Below are positions 59,367 to 64,000 of a DNA stretch of 64,000 nt, piece by piece. Positions within the stretch are counted from its first letter, which is position 1. Every line of letters starts with the position of its first letter. The stretch is from the NCBI RefSeq assembly GCF_900539325.1, contig NZ_UQCC01000003.1, one strand, 5' to 3'. The DNA is from an uncultured Eubacterium sp. Its GTDB lineage: Bacteria > Bacillota > Clostridia > Oscillospirales > Acutalibacteraceae. The position numbers were made by a program, and so were the translations under genes. The notes beneath the pieces were generated by a model that was not told where the DNA came from, searched no databases, and saw only the letters and a program-made list of their open reading frames with translations.

Positions 59367-60049
59367 TAATTAACTTTTTTCTTTAAATCCTGAAGAATTT
59401 TCTTTTCTATTCTCGACACATACGAGCGTGAAATGTTAAGCCTCTGTGCAACTTCTCTTTGAGTAAGCGGCTTTGCGTTGTTCAGTCCGTAACGAAGAAT
59501 GATAATCTCTTTTTCTCGCTCATCTTCCATATTTTCAATGATATTTTTCACTTCAAGCCAACGGCGTTTTGTTTCGATTTCTTCCACAATATCCCTGTCA
59601 TCGCTGATAACATCCTCAATGGTAAGCGGATTGCCGTCCTTATCGGTGTCAATTGCATCACCCATAAAAACCTCGCCGTTCTGCTTTTTAAGAGAACGAA
59701 AGTACATAAGAATTTCGTTTTCAACACAGCGTGAAGCATAGGTTGAAAGTCGTGTGCCCTTTGAATAATCAAACGAATCCACCGCTTTAATCAATCCGAT
59801 TGTTCCGATAGAAATCAAATCGTCATTGTCATTTGTTTTTGAATAATATTTTTTGCAAATGTGGCTCACAAGGCGGAGATTGCGTTCAATCAAAACCGCC
59901 CGTGCGTTTAAGTCACCGTTTGCCATTTTTTCAAGCTGTTCCCGTTCTTCCTTTGCAGTAAGCGGCTTTGGAAATCCCGAACCGTTTTGGATGTGCAACA
60001 GTAAAAATAACAGGCTTGAACCGATTGCGGTAAGTATTGCAGAAAACAT
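59366..60049 (-). CDS. sigK: Sporulation pro-sigma factor, most like SigK (SigE/SigK family).
   Basis: Hydrophobic pro-sequence MFSAILTAIGSSLLFLLLHIQNGSGFPKPL. ERNLRLVSHICKKY, DLISIGTIGLIKAVDSF and TYASRCVENEILMYFR closely parallel Bacillus SigK. RBS GGAGAGGG. Confidence 0.75.
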   Translation of the reverse strand: MFSAILTAIGSSLLFLLLHIQNGSGFPKPLTAKEEREQLEKMANGDLNARAVLIERNLRLVSHICKKYYSKTNDNDDLISIGTIGLIKAVDSFDYSKGTRLSTYASRCVENEILMYFRSLKKQNGEVFMGDAIDTDKDGNPLTIEDVISDDRDIVEEIETKRRWLEVKNIIENMEDEREKEIIILRYGLNNAKPLTQREVAQRLNISRSYVSRIEKKILQDLKKKVN

Positions 60050-60145
60050 AAAACCCTCTCCTTATCAAATCACAATACATACTATGACGAAAAGGAATAA
60101 TTAATACCGTTGACAAGCCTATACTTTTAATGATACACTCAACTT

Positions 60146-60949
60146 ATGGAAAAATATATTAAATTTGCAGGTCTTGATTTTGACCTTGAAAAACGACTGA
60201 TTGAATACATAAGAAGTCACGAAAAAAAGATAAATTCACTTGCAGAAAAATGCAAAAAACACGGTTTTTCGTGCCTTGCAAGACGCAGTGATATGATGAG
60301 GCTTGCCGTTTGCATTGCATACATCAAATACACCGAGGGCTCATACAAAGAACTCGGAATAGACGAAAGCATACTGAAAGACACTATGTCCGACATAGGA
60401 ATTTGGTGCAGAAACAACGACAACAAGGGGCTGAAAAATTACCCTTGGATAAAAAATCACCTCAAGGCTGAATTGTTCAAAATCGGCAGACTTCAGTATC
60501 AGCTTTTCAACTGCAACTATGTCACTTTTGACTATTCAAAACTGCCATTCAAAAAAGGCGAACAGACTGTATTTATTCACATTCCGCAGGGTGCTCCGCT
60601 TATAAAATCGGAATGTATCGAGTCGCTGAAAACGGCAAAAGAATTTTTTGCAACGCATCTCCCTGCGTACAAATTCGATTATTTCGTGTGCAAAAGTTGG
60701 CTTTTATACAAAGATAATAGCCGGTTTATGAAGCCGTCAAGCAACATTTTGCAGTTTCAAACGCTGTTTGAAATTGCTTTTACAGACCATACGGACAGTT
60801 ATGCAATAGAGCGAATTTTCGGCAAAAAACAGTTCAACAAAAAGCGGTATGCGGAATCCACCTCACTTCAAAAAGGCGCAAAGGAATATATGATTAACGG
60901 CGGAAAATTAGGCGAAAGTTTCGGCTACATTCCGCTAAACAAGATATAA
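60146..60949 (+). CDS. Uncharacterized 267-aa cytoplasmic protein (possibly an acyltransferase-like fold).
   Basis: Clean ORF with a terminator immediately after it. No motif I can name confidently. Confidence 0.4.
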   Translation: MEKYIKFAGLDFDLEKRLIEYIRSHEKKINSLAEKCKKHGFSCLARRSDMMRLAVCIAYIKYTEGSYKELGIDESILKDTMSDIGIWCRNNDNKGLKNYPWIKNHLKAELFKIGRLQYQLFNCNYVTFDYSKLPFKKGEQTVFIHIPQGAPLIKSECIESLKTAKEFFATHLPAYKFDYFVCKSWLLYKDNSRFMKPSSNILQFQTLFEIAFTDHTDSYAIERIFGKKQFNKKRYAESTSLQKGAKEYMINGGKLGESFGYIPLNKI

Positions 60950-60953
60950 GAAA

Positions 60954-60985
60954 AACGGAAAGTTATGCAACACTTTCCGCTTTCT
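60954..60985. terminator. Bidirectional terminator hairpin cggaaagt/actttccg.
   Basis: 8-bp stem followed by TTTCTTTTTATT. Overlaps the EamA stop. Confidence 0.6.
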
Positions 60986-61889
60986 TTTTATTCGGTAATT
61001 GAGCTATTACAAGTGCAACAAAAATAATTGCACAGCCAAGAAGTTCTTTAACGGTTAATTTGTCGCCCATAATGAGCCAACCGGCAAGCACCGCAAACAC
61101 CGATTCGGTGCTCATAAGCAATGACGAAACCGTTGGGTCAACATATTTTTGAGCAACATTTTGCACCGTAAAGGCAAATGTTCCGGCAATCACACCTGCA
61201 TAAAACAACGACATCCACAACGCAGATTGATTTATGCTTGCACACCACTGTGAAAAATCCCTCATTTCGGATATAGCCATCGGCACAGTCAAAAACAGCG
61301 ATGCCGAAAAAAACTGCACACACGCAAGTTTGATAATATCCGTTTTGTGCTTAAAGCGGTCAACGGCGATAATTCTCGCCGCATTCATAACCGAGCAAAT
61401 GAGCACAAGCACATCCGACATCTGCACGCCGAAGCCGTCATTTACACACAACAAATATAGTCCGCAAACAGTCACAACGATTGACAGCCACACATTCCAT
61501 TTGATTTTATCCTTAAAAAACAAGCAGATAATCGGCACAAAAATCACATTGCACGAGGTCAAAAATCCTGCCTTGCCCGACGGTGTGCCCGCAAACAATC
61601 CAAGCTGTTGAAACGCAGATGTGCCTGCAAGGAAAAATCCGCACACAAAGCCGTCACGAATAAGTTCTTTTGTGCTGTAATCCGGTTTCGGCTTGTCGCT
61701 CTTTTTCTCCCTTGAATCGAGAAAGGCGACTATCGGCAAAATGGCAATTCCTGCAACAAGAAAGCGAAAAAAGCCGAATGTAAACGGTCCGACAAGGTCT
61801 CCGCCCTTGCTTTGTGCAACAAAAGAGCCGCCCCACGCAACAGAAATCAATATCAGCAAAAAGGATGAAATAATTTTTTTTGATTTCAT
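60963..61889 (-). CDS. EamA/DMT-family transporter.
   Basis: 10 TMs in two EamA-like repeats. Start MKSKKII. Confidence 0.8.
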   Translation of the reverse strand: MKSKKIISSFLLILISVAWGGSFVAQSKGGDLVGPFTFGFFRFLVAGIAILPIVAFLDSREKKSDKPKPDYSTKELIRDGFVCGFFLAGTSAFQQLGLFAGTPSGKAGFLTSCNVIFVPIICLFFKDKIKWNVWLSIVVTVCGLYLLCVNDGFGVQMSDVLVLICSVMNAARIIAVDRFKHKTDIIKLACVQFFSASLFLTVPMAISEMRDFSQWCASINQSALWMSLFYAGVIAGTFAFTVQNVAQKYVDPTVSSLLMSTESVFAVLAGWLIMGDKLTVKELLGCAIIFVALVIAQLPNKKKAESVA

Positions 61890-61896
61890 AATATAC

Positions 61897-61925
61897 TCCA
61901 AAAAAACCGAGGACATCCTCGGTTT
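61897..61925 (-). terminator. Intrinsic terminator after the ABC ATPase gene.
   Basis: aaaaccgaggatgtcctcggttttttt. Confidence 0.75.
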
Positions 61926-61930
61926 TAATT

Positions 61931-62677
61931 TTATAATACCTTATTGAAGAATTCTTTTGCACGCTCTGTTTGAGGGTCGTAAATAACCTCTTGAGGTGTG
62001 CCCTCTTCAAGAATTTTGCCGTCATAGATGAACAAAACTCTGTTGGCAACCTCACGGGCAAAGCCGATTTCGTGGGTAACGATAACCATTGTCATACCCT
62101 CCTCGGCAAGTTCACGCATAACATTGAGAACTTCGCCAACCATTTCAGGGTCGAGTGCAGAAGTCGGCTCGTCAAAAAGCATAATATCAGGATTCATACA
62201 AAGTGCTCTTGCAATGGCAACACGCTGTTTTTGACCACCTGAAAGCATAGACGGATACGCCTCTGCCTTGTCTTCAAGACCTACCTTGCCGAGCATTTTC
62301 ATAGCAAGTTCCTTTGCCTCGTCCTTTTTCATCTTCTTAACCTGAACAGGTGCAAGGGTAAGATTGTCTATAACATTAAGGTTATTAAAAAGGTTGAAAT
62401 GCTGGAACACCATTCCGACATTTTCTCTTGCCTTGTTGATGTTGATTTTTTTGTCATCCATATGATGGCCGTCAACAACCATATCACCTGCCGTAATATC
62501 CTCAAGGCGATTGATACAGCGGAGAAATGTTGACTTGCCACAACCTGACGGACCGAGAATAACAACAACTTCGCCCTCATAAATATCGGTTGTGATATCT
62601 TTTAAAACTTCGAGTTTTCCAAAATTCTTTTGAAGATGTGAAACATGAATTTTTACATTATTATAATTTGCGGCCAC
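61931..62677 (-). CDS. Polar amino acid ABC transporter ATP-binding protein.
   Basis: Walker [10 protein letters not shown], signature [15 protein letters not shown], Walker [15 protein letters not shown] start with RBS GAGAGGAG. Confidence 0.9.
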   Translation of the reverse strand: MAANYNNVKIHVSHLQKNFGKLEVLKDITTDIYEGEVVVILGPSGCGKSTFLRCINRLEDITAGDMVVDGHHMDDKKININKARENVGMVFQHFNLFNNLNVIDNLTLAPVQVKKMKKDEAKELAMKMLGKVGLEDKAEAYPSMLSGGQKQRVAIARALCMNPDIMLFDEPTSALDPEMVGEVLNVMRELAEEGMTMVIVTHEIGFAREVANRVLFIYDGKILEEGTPQEVIYDPQTERAKEFFNKVL

Positions 62678-63336
62678 GGTTCAATCTCCTCTCAAGCATT
62701 TTTGCTGCATATGAAAGCAAAGTAATAATAATCAAATACATAACGGCTACAACACCCCAAACCTCAAATACGCTGCCTGTATTGGCAACAACATTTTTTG
62801 AGGTGTTAACAAGTTCCGGAAAACCGATAACAGAAAGGATTGATGTATCCTTAAGTGTAATGATGAACTGATTGATAATTGACGGAATCATTGTTCTGAT
62901 AGCCTGCGGAAGAACAACCTTACGCATAGCCTGTGAATAGCTCATACCAAGTGAACGGGATGCTTCCATCTGACCGATATCAACCGATTGAATACCGGCA
63001 CGAATAATCTCTGCCATATATGCACCGCAGTTAAGCGAAAGGCAGACAGTACCCGCCTGCAAAGCAGAAAGTGTAAACGATATATTTGGTGATTTGTTGA
63101 TGATATACGGAATGCCGAAATAAACAAAATACGCAAGTACAATCATCGGAACGCCACGAATGACATCAACGAATACTCTGTAAATTGCATTGCAAACCTT
63201 GTTTTTTAGCACAGACAATATGCCGAAAAGCAAACCGATTAAGCAAGCAAAGAACAATCCGCACAATGCCAATGTAAGCGTTTTGCCCATAGCCGCAAGA
63301 AGCAATTGTCCGTATGTTTCAATAATTTGTTGCATT
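62661..63336 (-). CDS. Polar amino acid ABC transporter permease (HisMQ family).
   Basis: EAA-like motif and about 5 TMs. Start [10 protein letters not shown] with RBS GAGAGGAG. The track ORF starts upstream at an alternative codon. Confidence 0.85.
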
Positions 63337-63474
63337 GGGTGAAAAACTCCTCTCATAGTAGAATGATGTAAAAATATGTCGACATCATTCAGCAAGAAAG
63401 CCACCGTTGCCCGCGGAAAAATACGGGCAGGTGGCAAACTTTCCTAAACAGAATTACTTTAATTTTTGCCGATA

Positions 63475-64000
63475 TTAGCCAAGATACTTTGCAATAATCT
63501 CGTCATACTTTCCGTTAGCCTTGATGTTTGCAAGACCTGCGTTGAACTTGTCAAGAAGCTCTTGCTTGTCAGCTGAGAAAGTAGCCATACCATAGCCGGC
63601 ACCTTCATTTTCGGAGCCTTCTACGATTTCCATATCAAGATTACCGTCTTTAATAGAAGCAGCCATAATAGGAGTATCCTCGAAGCAAGCAGCACACTGA
63701 CCGCCTGTAACAGATTGATACATTGTTGGGCTGTCCTCAAAGTATGTAAGTTTAAGGCTGTACTTATCCTTGAGTTCTTCTGCATAATCGGCACCCTTTG
63801 TACCTGTCTTAACAGCTACTGTTGAACCCTTGAGGTCATCAAGTGATTTAATGCTTGAACCCTTCTTTACTGCAACGCTTTGTGTTGCTGTGTAATAAGC
63901 GTCAGAGAAAATCCAACCTTCTTTTTGTCTTTGGTCGGTGATTGATGCACCTGCAATCATAGCGTCAGCCTGACCTGACTTGCAAGCTGCGATTGATGCG
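63475..64000 (-). CDS. Polar amino acid ABC transporter substrate-binding protein (partial; N-terminus beyond the window).
   Basis: PBP type 2 fold sequence (VAVKTGTKGADYA, GNLDMEIVEG). The ORF continues past 64000. Confidence 0.8.
   Translation of the reverse strand, partial: ASIAACKSGQADAMIAGASITDQRQKEGWIFSDAYYTATQSVAVKKGSSIKSLDDLKGSTVAVKTGTKGADYAEELKDKYSLKLTYFEDSPTMYQSVTGGQCAACFEDTPIMAASIKDGNLDMEIVEGSENEGAGYGMATFSADKQELLDKFNAGLANIKANGKYDEIIAKYLG

Noticed and set aside
1-64000. Mobile elements, integrases, prophage or defense islands, rRNA/tRNA
   Set aside because: I found no transposase or integrase-like ORFs, no inverted terminal repeats, no tRNA-like cloverleaf candidates, and no obvious abrupt compositional break (by eye, without a computed GC profile). 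The window reads as conserved chromosomal backbone.

Overview
Chromosomal core region of a low-GC Gram-positive anaerobe (Clostridia, Oscillospiraceae/Ruminococcus-like), about 40-45% GC, densely packed and mostly translationally coupled. I see no rRNA or tRNA genes, CRISPR arrays, transposases or prophage genes.

Gene content in order:
- A giant signal-peptide-bearing secreted protein running off the left edge (minus strand).
- argG and argH (arginine biosynthesis) followed by a hexapeptide-repeat acetyltransferase.
- A translationally coupled 5-gene minus-strand operon of uncharacterized membrane and cytoplasmic proteins, two of which are paralogs.
- ddl, a DUF1934 gene, argS, and an appended radical SAM/SPASM enzyme.
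- ybaK, a sodium-dependent NSS-family transporter, azlCD, a MATE efflux pump, a cytoplasmic GH30 glycosidase and a Cof-type phosphatase.
- A nitrogen-assimilation block: a three-gene archaeal-type split glutamate synthase (amidotransferase, ferredoxin-FMN and GXGXG subunits), an ammonium transporter naturally fused to a PII (GlnK) domain, and glnA.
- A CapA-like protein, a Ca2+/Na+ antiporter, a hyper-acidic Cys-cluster zinc-ribbon protein, efp, aroQ and rpsU.
- A secreted CHAP-like/FN3 protein, and an ECF sigma factor with a beta-propeller anti-sigma.
- A long housekeeping run: leuS, rsfS, yqeK, nadD, yhbY, rdgB, ftsY, smc, a radical SAM gene, rnc, plsX, trmFO, topA, dprA and a TrmH-family methyltransferase.
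- A P-loop HPr-kinase-like protein overlapping a Thr-rich DUF4430-like lipoprotein, pro-sigma-K, an unknown protein, an EamA transporter, and an amino-acid ABC transporter running off the right edge.

Several near-consensus sigma-A promoters and intrinsic terminators are visible.

Best candidates for something new:
- The 5-gene membrane operon.
- The HprK-like/DUF4430 gene pair.
- The structured RNA regions flanking glnA.
- The orphan radical SAM/SPASM enzyme.

All calls are made by eye from the sequence and the ORF track. No database searches were run.
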